DNA from: Octopus vulgaris
Lineage: Eukaryota
Length of the DNA stretch: 64,000 nucleotides
Direction: 5' to 3'
NCBI GenBank assembly: GCA_951406725.2
Contig: OX597837.1
Location: 20,088,001-20,152,000 of the forward strand
Each line of letters starts with the position of its first letter. The first letter of the stretch is position 1. Both the position numbers and the translations under genes were made by a program. Shown here one piece after another: positions 44,854 through 57,589 of the stretch. The notes below the pieces were generated by a model that searched no databases, was not told where the DNA came from, and saw only the letters and a program-made list of their open reading frames with translations.

Positions 44854-44944
44854 CCTACGGACGTACGTTTCGAGATTAAGTTTTAGGAAAGCATAAGAAT
44901 TAGATAATTATGTCTTACCCAACTTCTTCTCTCATCAGCGTAGG
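44854..44944 (-). ncRNA. canonical type I hammerhead ribozyme (Penelope-type)
   Basis: ccuacg-CUGAUGA-GAGA..long stem II..UCUC-GAAA-CGUACG-UC-cguagg. GUC cleavage triplet and palindromic stem III. Confidence 0.85.
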
Positions 44945-45149
44945 ACACTACAATTATGAATAATTGTATATTAAATTTTGAGATACTAGAAGGCATCATC
45001 TCAACTCAGTATCAGAGCGAGCTAAAACCGTTGCCAGTATCACTAAATTCAAAGTGTGAATGAAAGTTCGTGTCAGCAACCCCTTCCCACCCGCGTGTAG
45101 CCAAGACAAGATGTTGCGGTCATTTACTGGGATGAAATATGGTTATCAA

Positions 45150-45182
<33 letters not shown>

Positions 45183-45275
45183 TTGAACTCACAACGTAAC
45201 GGCAGACGAAATACGGCTAAGCATTTCGCCCGGTGTGCTAATGTTTCTGCCAGTTCACCTCTCACTTGAAATGTC

Positions 45276-45313
<38 letters not shown>

Positions 45314-45326
45314 GTATATTTATATT

Positions 45327-45431
<105 letters not shown>

Positions 45432-45465
45432 CATTTCAAGTGAGAGGTGAACTATATACCAGGCC

Positions 45466-45990
45466 TATTTCGTCTGCCGTTACGTTGTGAGTTCAAATTC
45501 CGTCGAGGTCGACTTTGCCTTTCATCCTTTCGGGGTCGATAAATTAAGTACCAGTTACGCACTGGGGTCGATGTAATCGACTTAATACCTATGTCTGTCC
45601 TTGTTTGTCCCCTCTATGTTTAGCCCCTTATGGGTAGCAAAGAAATAGGTATTTTATCTGAGTTCAAATTCCGCCGAGGTCGACTTTGCCTTTCATCCTT
45701 TCGGGGTCGATTAAATAAGTACCAGTTACGCACTGCGGTCGATGTTATCGACTTAATCCATTTGTCTGTCCTTATTTGTCCTCTCTGTGTTTAGCCCCTT
45801 GTGGATAGTAAAGAAATAGGTATTTCGTCTGTCTATACGTAGTGTGTTCAAACACCACCGAGGTCGACTTTGCCTTTCATCCTTTCGGGATCGATAAATT
45901 AAGCACCAGTTGCGTACTGGGGTCGATCTGATCGACTTTCCCCCTCCACCAAAATTTCGGGCCTTGTGCCTAGAGAAGAAAAGAATATTA
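45466..45990 (+). mobile_element. SINE B tandem array (two young-tail units followed by an old-tail unit)
   Basis: Junctions AAAGAAATA|GGTATTT at about 45647 and 45818. Confidence 0.88.
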
Positions 45991-46119
45991 TAAAGCATAT
46001 AAACATTCATATGTATATATCCAGCTGTTATATATGAAGATGGATTTCTCTTGCATTGGTCGTTTTTGCTTGCAGACATTTCTATGTTTGCATGTGTAAT
46101 ATATCTCCTATCGTTTAGC

Positions 46120-46262
46120 TGTTTCACTCTTTAGACGCTGGCTTTGAAGGGTTTTATTGAACAAATCGACCCTTGGTACTTATTCTGTTGATTCTTTTTG
46201 TCGAACCGCTAAGTCACGGGTGCATGAACATACCAATACCGGTTGTCAAGCAATGGTGGGCG

Positions 46263-46300
<38 letters not shown>

Positions 46301-46485
46301 ACACACACGCACACACACACACACATACGATGGTCTTGTTTCAGTTTCTGTCTACCAAATCCACTCACAAGGCTTTGCTTCGTCTGAGACTAGCAGAACT
46401 CACTTGCCCAAGGTGTCACACAGTGGGACTGAACCCGGAACCATATGGTCGGGAAGCAAACTTCTTACATACAGCCATGCCTGCA
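46120..46485 (-). mobile_element. SINE family A, diverged
   Basis: Family head, internal (CA)n and tail. Confidence 0.78.
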
Positions 46486-46513
46486 TACATAATACATACA
46501 TACATACATATGT

Positions 46514-46655
<142 letters not shown>

Positions 46656-46707
46656 CGATTGTTTGTTTGATTGATTGATTGATTGATTGATCAATCGATT
46701 GATCGAG

Positions 46708-46752
<45 letters not shown>

Positions 46753-46795
46753 TTCTGCGTTGGATGGGGAAACGGTAACGATTGACAATTCTGCA

Positions 46796-46875
<80 letters not shown>

Positions 46876-46978
46876 TAAAGCATAAAGTATAAGCAATCAC
46901 AGTGTATTGGCTAATGAAAATAGTCGAATATTGGGGCATAGAAGCCCTCGACAGATAAAAGAGGATTTTTGTACGCAG

Positions 46979-47056
<78 letters not shown>

Positions 47057-47635
47057 TTTACTACTGTTTTAATCTTTATATCTCTAGTACAAGAAATGTT
47101 TATAGAAAATTACATAAACATGTTTAAGAAAATGCACGTGGCTGTAGTTTTAAGCAGACTACAGCTTGGCTTGTTAATATAGAAACAGGCACCATTGTGT
47201 CTGAGGCTTTCGATTGGCAAATTTACCCAAAATTTGCCAACTTAAAAAGCTATTAACTTTTTACTTATTAATTTATGGCAAAATGAATTACATTTCCATA
47301 ATTAGCATATAAAACTACATTAGTACACCAAATTTGGATAAGCAACTGTAAATATCCCCAAGGAGTTCTATCTGAAGAAAGTGTTCTTAATATTTTAGTT
47401 TTAACTTCGAGCGAAATTCACATATCATTTGCGTTATCTACTTTCGGGCGTAGATATTGATTTCAAGTTGTTATTTCTATGAAACTCAGATCAATTGTGG
47501 CACTCATGATCGTAAGCGACAGAGTGCTAGTGCCACTTATATATTTAGAAATCCTGGGTTGCTAAGTCCACAGCAGCGAGACCTCTTATACGCGGGGGAT
47601 ACAGGGATGAATTTATTACAGGTTTATTATATATA

Positions 47636-47692
<57 letters not shown>

Positions 47693-47694
<2 letters not shown>

Positions 47695-47845
47695 GGCGTA
47701 AGAGTGGCTGCGTGGTAAGTAGCTTGCTTACCAACCATATGGTTCCGGGTTCAGTCCCACTGCATGGCACCTTGGGCAAGTGTCTTTTACTATAGCCTGT
47801 CTGCAGTCAAATGAAACAAGTAAAAGAGTAAAAGAGTAAAAGAGT
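47693..47845 (+). mobile_element. SINE family A, head fused directly to tail
   Basis: Head through CTATAGCC, then GCAGTCAAATGAAACAAGTAAAAGAGT. Confidence 0.8.
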
Positions 47846-48593
47846 TCTGGTGACTGATGTGCGACCAAGAAGTAAAACATCCTGATGTTTTATTTGCATG
47901 GCTGTGTAGAGCAGGAGGACATGACAAAGACCCTTCAGCAAAGATACAAATTTCCTTGGTGTTTTTCAACCAGTAAGAAACGAGTAATGAGGTAAATATT
48001 TGCAACAATTTAAAATAGCTCTGATCTAAAAGTTAAGCTGCTGGAGTTTTATTGCAAAATGAGCGTTCTGTTAGTCAGGTATAAACTATCAACAAAGACT
48101 CTAATTATCCAGATATATTTTGATAAACTGGTCACGCATATGTTCGTGTGCACTTTAACAGCTAAGTAAAAGGTGCTATACACCCGGACACTCTCTCATA
48201 TACAAACTACAACAATAGAACGGTTCTCTCAACGCCTGATCAAAACGCCTAATCAGACATTTTATTCAAACAGCTTTGCAGAATGCTTTTTTATGGAACA
48301 TGTGCATATGTGTATGTCTGTGTGTGTGCGTGCGTGTGTGTGCGTGAGTGTGTGTGGGTGTGCGGTGTACGTGTTGTATTTGTTTCATCATTTTCTATCG
48401 TGCAAAGATCGGAAACGTGTGATTCAGTGTAACGTCAGTTACATTTTCAGCTTAGAATTTGTCTGTGTGTATATTTATACATATATACACATGTAGACAC
48501 ACATACATGTGCTTGTGTGCTTTTACTGTGATGGTGTTTTTCTTTTTTGTTAAGCCGCATGGATATTTACAATTCTGTAAATAATAGTGATAA

Positions 48594-48849
48594 TAGTATT
48601 TTATAAGCTTAAAGCTTATAAGCGATCGCCGCGCAAGGACTAAAGAAAATAGTCTAAAACTAGGGGATATAAGCCCTCGAGACGGAAAAAAGTAGGTTTT
48701 CCCGTACGCGTGGGTCTCGAACCTACACCTTTTTGTTTTCGCGACCGATTGTCCTTTTTTCCGTCGAGGTTTATATACCCCTTTATTAGACTATTTTCTT
48801 TAGCCATTGCGGGGTGATCGCTTATATGCTTTAAGCTTGTAAAATACTA
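48594..48849. mobile_element. fold-back element with tRNA-like central spacer
   Basis: About 100-bp imperfect inverted arms. A diverged single arm lies at 46873-46975. Confidence 0.7.
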
Positions 48850-49230
48850 GGAAGATGAGGTTAGAGAGGAGAGTGCTGTCCGATAGCAAGTTTTATGAAA
48901 GGTGGGTGAATTGTGCGAGACTGGCCAGTATAAATGGACCAGTTCTCAGGTTTCGCTTGTGATTCAAAAAGGTAATATAAAAGGAGAAAAAAGGGACTCT
49001 CTACCCCCCTTTTTTGACCAGGCTCCCGTTGGCTTTTGTGGGGTTTTTTCCACCAGGAACCTTTCGTAACGCCTCCCCCTTTTGGGAGTTTTTCGTTGTT
49101 ATATAATTATTGTTATACAGTTTTTACTCGGATTTTTTAACAAACGGACAAAACCCTTTGTAACCTTTCGTCCTGTTTTGTCCCTTTATGTAATCATGTG
49201 TGTCAGCCCTTGTGGCCAATAAAAAGAATA
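48850..49230 (+). mobile_element. L1/Tx1-like LINE 3' end
   Basis: KMRLERRVLSDSKFYERWVNCARLA..* C-terminus. The 3' UTR ends GTCCTGTTTTGTCCC..TGTGTCAGCCCTTGTGGCCAATAAAAAGAATA. Confidence 0.55.
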
Positions 49231-49568
49231 AATTATTATTATTATTATTTACAGAATTGTAAAAATTGACGCCGCTTAACAAGAACTGTCGCAGTAAAAG
49301 CACGTGGAAGTTTATTTGCAAAAATTATACAACGAACTAATTATTGCTCTTAAATCTGGCAAAAATAAGCAAAAATAAGCATTGGTCTAAATGGTAGCGC
49401 ACTTGGTCGTGAAAGCAAAGAGGTGTTGGTTCCAGTACTAGGCTCACATAGAATAAGTCCTTGCGTCGATTTCTTCGACTAAAGGTAGTGCTCCAGCATG
49501 GCCGCAGTCAAATTATTGAAACAAGTAAAAGAATAAAAGAATATATATATATATACATACACACGTGT

Positions 49569-49612
<44 letters not shown>

Positions 49613-50182
49613 CTTCTGACATTAGACTGCAGCCATGTTAGGGGATTGCTTTGAAAGATTTAATCGAACTAATGGACCCCGTTATTTATTCTTGCAAACT
49701 TGGCACTTATCGGGTTTTTGCCGAACTGCTAAGTCACCTAGACATAAGCATACGAACACTAGTTGTCCGGCGGTGAATGGGAAAGGGAACACACAAACAT
49801 ACAAAGGTACATACACACACACAGCATATACATCTACATATACGATGGGTTTCAAGATAATTTCCCTCTAATATATTCACTCACAACTCATTCTCGACCT
49901 GGGGTAATAGCAGAATATGCTATATGCTCCCTCAAGATGCCGCGCAGTGGAACTGAGCCTAAGACAACTTGGTTGCAATGTGAATTTCTTACAACTTCTT
50001 AACTACACACAAATATACACACATACACACTCACACACACACATACACACACTTACATATATATAAACACATACATATATATCGAAGTTTAGTGATGCAA
50101 ACAGGATAAATAGAACTCAAAATATGAGTATATTTTTACAAGCACCGACAGTTTCCTAAGTGCCAATGCACGAAACTGTCGG

Positions 50183-50219
<37 letters not shown>

Positions 50220-50282
50220 TCCCGGGTTGAGTCGGGGTTAACCACAGTAAATAAGGTACTCAATACATAGCAGAGTAAATTA

Positions 50283-50433
50283 ATTTATTTTATAGAAGGA
50301 GCTTCTACAGGACTAGAACTGTTTCATTCAAAAGAAATAATCAGGAAGCTAGTAGACCTAGTGGTCTACTAGCTTCCTGATGATTTCTTTTGAATGAAAC
50401 AGTTCTAGTCCTGTAGAACTCCTCTATAAAATA

Positions 50434-50436
<3 letters not shown>
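50283..50436. ncRNA. palindrome made of two inverted hammerhead ribozyme copies (50300-50350 minus, 50371-50420 plus)
   Basis: Consensus agcuuc-CUGAUGA-uUUC(uuuu)GAAu-GAAA-CAG(uucuaguc)CUG-UA-gaagcu. Confidence 0.75.
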
Positions 50437-50516
<80 letters not shown>

Positions 50517-50605
50517 AATAAAATCGTTAATTTAGATAGCGATCAAATCTAGTGGCAGCATGGGAAGAAAAAACCTTACAGGTTATAATAATTATCAAAA
50601 TAATG

Positions 50606-51124
50606 GAGATACCACCATGCTTGAAATAGCAGTCAAAACCTGACTCAAAAACCACGTCTAGTATTCAATACAGCACAAGGTGAAAAGACAAAAGGCAAAT
50701 GGACTAGTAAGAATTGGATAATTCCAGACCCTGGGTTTCTGACTATCTATAAAAATATACTCTGCCGTTATCAATGAAATATACCATGATTTGTACATAA
50801 ATACACACGTATATACATAAACATACGAATACTCACGTATACGCACATGTATACCTGTCTTTAAAACCACATTATATTCACTGCGGTGGTATTTTGGCAA
50901 TATAGCACATGGTGTCTGGGTGGACAACTGAATGTACAATTCATAGTATATTTCATTGATAACGACAGAGTATATTTTTATACATAGTCAGAGACCCAGG
51001 GTCGGGAATCATCCACTTTTTACTAGTACATTTGTCTTTCATCTTTTTACCTTGTGCTGTACTGAATAATTGATGTGGTTTTAGAGTCAGGTTTTGACTG
51101 CTATTTTAAGCATGCTGGTATCTC
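50606..51124. mobile_element. fold-back MITE with ~190-bp imperfect inverted arms
   Basis: 50606-50797 is the reverse complement of 50933-51124. Confidence 0.85.
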
Positions 51125-51161
51125 TTAGATATCCTTGTTTACAATTTTATATATTTATACA

Positions 51162-51199
<38 letters not shown>

Positions 51200-51319
51200 A
51201 ACACACACATATGTATGTATATATATATATATATGTACGTGTGTATGTATGTATGTATGTATGTATGTATGTATGTATGACTGAGCGCCGTCCATCGTTT
51301 CGTTTCTTTCCTCCAAGTA

Positions 51320-51355
<36 letters not shown>

Positions 51356-51364
51356 AACACACAC

Positions 51365-51418
<54 letters not shown>

Positions 51419-51884
51419 GTGTGTATGTATGTATGTATGTATGTATGTATGTATGTATGTATGTATGTATGATTGAGTCGGTAGTAAACAGTAGATTTAT
51501 GTGGATTGTATATGACGAAATCATTAACATACAAACGCATGAATGAATGCACAAGCAGCAAACACATAAATAACTGAGAATATATTAATATATCCTTCAT
51601 TTCTATTGGTCAGACTGAACTCTCTTGCTGGTGAATCTGCTATACATTATTAATATTATTATTCGTCCTTGTGGCAAATTGTTTAATCAATATTATTTAC
51701 CTTTATTATTCATGGTTTGGAAAAAACGTCGTGTGTTCCGTTACTTACATTAAAAAGAATTATATTGGAAACACATTAAAACCGTTCAAGGTTAATAAAT
51801 AATGAGTGCGAATGCAATAACAATATATTCATATCTATGTGTTGTTATTTTATTATACTGCCTTAACATTCCTTTTATATCCAA

Positions 51885-53110
51885 AGGCGGCGAGACGGCA
51901 GAATCGTTAGCATGCCGTGAAAAATGCTTAGCGGCGTTTCGTCTGTCCTAAGTTCAAATTCCGTAAGGGACCACTTTGCCTTTTATCCTTTCAGGATCAA
52001 TTAAATAAGCACCACTTGAACACTGGAGTCGATGTAATCGACTAACTCCTCCCCCCAAATTTCAGGCCTTGTATCTGTAGTAGAAAGGGTTATTTTTTAT
52101 GACTGAAGGCGGCAAGCTGGGAGAATGGCTAGCACGCCGGACAATATACCTAGCGGCCTTTTGCCCATCTTTATGTTCTGATCCCAAATTCCGTTGGGAT
52201 CGACTTTGCCTTGCATCCTTCGATAAAATAAATACCAGTTAAATACTGGGGTCGATGTAATCGATCATCCCTCTTGCTAAAATTTCAGGCATTGTACCCA
52301 TATTAGAAAAGATTAGTTTTATATCCAAAGGCGGCGAGCTGGCAGAAACGTTAGCACGCCGGGCGAAATGCGTAGGCGTATTTCGTCTGCCGTTACGTTC
52401 TGAGTTCAAATTCCGCCGAGGTCGATTTTGCCTTTCATCCTTTCGGGGTCGATAAATTAAGTACCAGTTACGCAGTGGGGTGGATTTAATCGACTTAATC
52501 CCTTTGTCTGTCTTTGTTCACTCTGTGTTTAGCCCCTTGTGGGTAATAAAGAAATAAGAATCGTTAGCGTGTCGAGTAAAACACTTAGTGGTACTTCGTC
52601 CGTACTTCGCTCTGAGTTCGAATTCCACCGGAGTCGACTTTGCCTTTCAACTTTTCGAGGTCGCTAAAAGAAGTACCAGTTGAAAACTAGGGCCGACGTA
52701 ATACACTAACCCCACTCCCTAAACTTGCTGGCCTTGTGCCAAAATTTGAAATCATTATTTATATATCCAAATAAGGCGACATTGGGCAAAATGCTTAGCG
52801 GTATTTCGTTCGTTGTCTGGTTCTGAGTTCAAATACCGCTGCGGTCGACTTTACCTTTTATCATTTTGGAGATCAGTAAAATAAGTACCAGTTAAGCACT
52901 GGGGTCAATGTAATCAACTTACCCCCTCCTCTCCGAACTTGTGCTAAAATGTGAAACTATTATTTATATATCCATATAAGGCAACGAGCTGGCAGAATCG
53001 TTAGCAAAATGCTGAAAGGTAATTCGTCCCTCTTTACGTTCTGAGGTCAAACTCCGCCGAGGTCGACTTTGCGTTTCATCCTATCGGGGTCCATAAATAA
53101 GCATCTGTTG
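51885..53110 (+). mobile_element. cluster of about 6 co-oriented SINE B copies
   Basis: Heads at about 51885, 52106, 52329, 52557, 52773 and 52978. Several are separated by TT(A/T)TATATCC(A)AA(T)AAGGC linkers. Confidence 0.88.
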
Positions 53111-53304
53111 AGCACCAGTGTACCTTTACGTTGGTAACATGTTAAATGTTTGGATGATAAACACTTTCTTGAACTGTTTTCTAATTCAACTACTAAGTCG
53201 GTATAATTCTTCATCTTATCTTCTCCTTACTTTCCACATCAACGTTAAAGTTCTATAGAAATTCTGTGTCATTTATTAATATACACAGTATTTTCCCTTC
53301 ATTA

Positions 53305-53598
53305 TTTTCTGTTTGTTCCTTCTCGAGCCATGCCTGTTTCCCGGTTTCCTTGGCGGATAGGTACCCCACCTGGACGGAATGCCGGTCCGTCGCAGGTGAG
53401 CTGCAAGATGCAGGAGGGAAGAGTGAGAGAAAGTTGTGGCGAAAAAGTCAGCAGAAGTTCGCCATTACCTTCTGCCAAAACCACGTGGAGAATAGGTGTT
53501 TCGCTCATAAACACACACATCGCCCTGTCTGAGATTCGAACCCGCGATCCCTCGACCGCAAGTCCGCTACTCAAACCACTAGACCATGTGCCTCCACC
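53305..53598 (-). mobile_element. SINE family D (tRNA-derived head, V-SINE-like CCTGCGACGGACCGGCAT motif)
   Basis: Head GTGGAGGCACATGGTCTAGTGG..GGGTTCGAATCTC. Head also at 58176-58278 (-), tail at 59405-59480 (+). Confidence 0.8.
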
Positions 53599-53756
53599 GT
53601 TATTTTCAGAGACATGTGAAAATTATTAGCAGTATGCAAGAACTATTTCTCAGAAATTTGAAACTGTATGATCAGCCATATTCAGAGAAGCTTTGCTACA
53701 TAGTTCTGTTTACCAGTATATTCTATGAGATTTCGTAATCATTATATGTGACTAAG

Positions 53757-54140
53757 ATGGCGTGCTTATAGAACGGTTACCGCGCCGGACGGAATGCTCA
53801 GCGGTATTTCGTCTGCCGCTACGTTCTGAGTTCAAATTCCGCCGAGGTCGACTTCGCCTTTCATCCTTTCGGGGTCGATTAAATAAGTACCAGTTACGCA
53901 CTGGGGTCGATATAATCGACTTAATCCGTTTGTCTGTCCTTGTTTGTTGTCTCTGTGTTTAGCCCCTTGTGGGTAGTAAAGAAATAGGTATTTCTTCTAG
54001 ATCTACGTTCTGAGATGAAATGATGAAGAGTTCGACTATGCCTTTCACCCTTTCTGGATTGATGGAATAAGTACCAGTCGATGCAATTGACTAGAGCCCT
54101 GAGCCAAAATTTCAAGCCTTGAGCCTATAGTAAAAGGGAT
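53757..54140 (+). mobile_element. young SINE B nested at the GGTATTT site of an old SINE B
   Basis: Young tail ..AAAGAAATA followed by GGTATTTC and a diverged old-tail body. Confidence 0.8.
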
Positions 54141-54260
54141 AATATATTCTTCTGAAGTTTATTACTATGCAACCATATGCCATAGCTTGCACTGCCAATT
54201 AGTTAAATCGTACAGATCGTAGTCTTCGTAATAATAACAATAATAATACTAATGATGATG

Positions 54261-54349
<89 letters not shown>

Positions 54350-54364
54350 AAGAAGAAGAAGAAG

Positions 54365-55121
54365 AAAAACCTCTCTATGGCAAATACCCAAAGAGAGCGA
54401 ATAATGCAGATATCGACAAAACCCTGACCCATCAATGGCTAATGGCCTCTGGCTTAAAATCTGAAACAGAGGGGTTTATCATAGCAGCTGAAGATCAATG
54501 CCTACTAACAAGAAACTACCAGGCCAACATATTAAAGAACGGCAGTAGCCCAACATGTCGTGTATGCCGACAACAAAACGAAACCATCGATCATGGTGTC
54601 TCCAAATGCAGTCTTCTAGCGCCTACAGAGTACCTCAATAGGCATGATAGAGCTGCACAATATATTCACTGGGTAATTTGCAAAAACCTGGATTTGCCCC
54701 ATGAAAAAAACTGGTGGGAACACAATCCACCTCCAGTGCTTGAAAATGACCACATCTCACTCCTCTGGAACTTCACCATTCAAACTGACAGGAAGATAGA
54801 TGCAAATAGGCCATACATCATATTGAAAGACTTCAGACAAAGAACATGCCTCCTCATTGATATGACTGTCCCAATCGATATAAACGTATCTGTCAAGACC
54901 TACCAAAAACTGAGCAAATATAAAGATCTTGAAATAGAAATCAGCAAAATGTGGAAGCTGAAGACTAAAACAATACCTGTTGTCATAGGTGCCCTGGGAA
55001 TGATAGCGAAAGGGACTGATTGCTACCTAACTCAGATACCAGGAAACCCCAAAATGGCAGAAATTTAAAAGATAGTGCTCATGGGAACTGCTCATATCCT
55101 ACGCAAAATACTCTCTATATA
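54365..55121 (+). pseudogene. R4/Dong ORF C-terminus: CCHC zinc knuckle plus restriction-like endonuclease
   Basis: LKSETEGFIIAAEDQ; CRVC..ETIDH..C; RHD; NRPY (RPD mutated); IDMTVP; KLSKYKDL; IPVVIGALG. Premature TAA at 55066. Confidence 0.92.
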
Positions 55122-55306
55122 ATCCCAAGGTTTAAAACAAACTTTTTTTTTATTTTTATTTTTTTTATGTATTAGACATTCACTAGTACAACACCAACCC
55201 CCCCCCCCCAAATATATGGCACAGAACTTCCAACCTGTTGTCTCTTGAGGTCTCTGGGTGAGACTTGGAGCCAACTTGTACAGACATAAAGCAAAAGTCA
55301 AACATA

Positions 55307-55307
<1 letters not shown>
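54365..55307 (+). mobile_element. R4/Dong-clade LINE 3' end inserted in (TAA)n
   Basis: Flanked by (AAT)n(AAG)n and (AAT)n. Carries the ORF fragment listed next. Confidence 0.9.
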
Positions 55308-55351
<44 letters not shown>

Positions 55352-55374
55352 AAATAATGATAATAATGATGATG

Positions 55375-55860
<486 letters not shown>

Positions 55861-55899
55861 GTTAGGGAGCATAAGATTTTAATTTTCTCTTGAAGAAAA

Positions 55900-56225
55900 A
55901 TCCTTAGTCAAAGAGAAAGAATTTGGGATAGTAATGGAAGAGCTGAGACAAGGCATCAAGACAATGGCAGGCAAACTTTCCAGATATCAGAAAAGAATAG
56001 AGCAATGTCAACTGAAAAGATAGTTTGAGACAGACCATTGCAGATTTTATCAACAAATAAATAGTGTAGAAGAAGCTAGTGAAGAATCCTAATGCAGAAG
56101 AAGCTAGAAAATTCTGGAGTGATGTTTGGTATAAGCCAGATAATCATAATGTGGATGTAGCATGGTTGAAGAAAATGGGGGAAGAAGGGGTTACTGAGAA
56201 GCAGCATCCAGATCTAAAAATAATT
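55900..56225 (+). pseudogene. R4/Dong-clade ORF fragment (pre-RT region)
   Basis: EELRQ.I...AGKLSRYQKRIEQ..FETD..RFYQQIN..PNAEEARKFWSDVW..HN..WL. Confidence 0.75.
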
Positions 56226-56229
56226 AGTA

Positions 56230-56715
56230 CAGTGGTTCTCAGCCGGGATCCACATGGCCCCTGAAAAGTCCGTATAAGATTTTAAGGGATCCACGCCACA
56301 AAATAATAAACTAGAGTCTCACAATAGTATTTTAAGAGCCTCTGAAGAAATGTTGTTTTAGATGCATGTATTGGTATGTTTTGCAACAAATATGTAGGTT
56401 TCTTTCTCTAACATTTTACACAATTCAACCTCGAAAAGTTAACGTGTGAAAAGCAATTAGGAATTTTGAAAGAAGTTTCTGTAAGCTAGTTTATAGATAT
56501 GGGGTCGACCAAAATGAAATAGTGATCAAAGAGGTCCATAGATAGGCGCAGGAGTGGCTGTGTGGTAAGTAGCTTGCTAACCAACCACATGGTTCCGGGT
56601 TCAGTTCCACTGCGTGGCATCTTGGGCAAGTGTCTTCTGCTATAGCCCCGGGCCGACCAATGCCTTGTGAGTGGATTTGGTAGACGGAAACTGAAAGAAG
56701 CCTGTCGTATATATG

Positions 56716-56749
<34 letters not shown>

Positions 56750-57224
56750 TGTATGTGTTTGTGTGTGTGTGTTTGTCCCTCTAGCATTGCTTGACAACCG
56801 ATGCTGGTGTGTTTACGTCCCCGTCACTTAGCGGTTCGGCAAAGGGGCCGATAGAATAAGTACTGGGCTTACAAAGAATAAGTTCCGGGGTCGATTTGCT
56901 CGACTAAAGGCGGTGCTCCAGCATGGCCGCAGTCAAAATGACTGAAACAAGTAAAAGAGTAAAGAGTATAGATAATAGTTGAGAATCCCTACTTTAGATT
57001 TAGTATGCATTGGTAGCATTGCAACAAACAGCTAAGTTTCTTTCTCTAACATTTTACATAGTTCAACCTACAAAAGTTTAATGTGTGGAAAACAAATAGG
57101 AATTTTTAAAGAAGTATTTAAGAAACAAGTTTTTAAATATCGAAATTCTATGGGGGAGTGGGTCCACCGGAATAAAATAGCAATCAAAGGGGTCCGTAGG
57201 TGAAAAATGTTTGAGAACCTTCTG
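56230..57224. mobile_element. hAT/Charlie-type MITE with duplicated 3' half and SINE A insertion
   Basis: CAGTGGTTCTCA start, right ends at 56991 and 57224. Imperfect TSD aattagta/aactagtg. Confidence 0.7.
56543..56967 (+). mobile_element. SINE family A, reference full-length young copy
   Basis: Pol III A-box TGGCTGTGTGG, B-box GGTTCAGTTCC, internal (TA/TG)n, stem-loop tail and AAAGAGT repeats. Short ATAGAT duplication at the flanks. Confidence 0.93.
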
Positions 57225-57232
57225 AACTAGTG

Positions 57233-57589
<357 letters not shown>

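Noticed and set aside
53525-53598. Possible tRNA genes (also 5470-5540, 58200-58278, 56543-56615)
   Set aside because: tRNA-like heads continue into SINE bodies and lack a clean acceptor stem and terminator.
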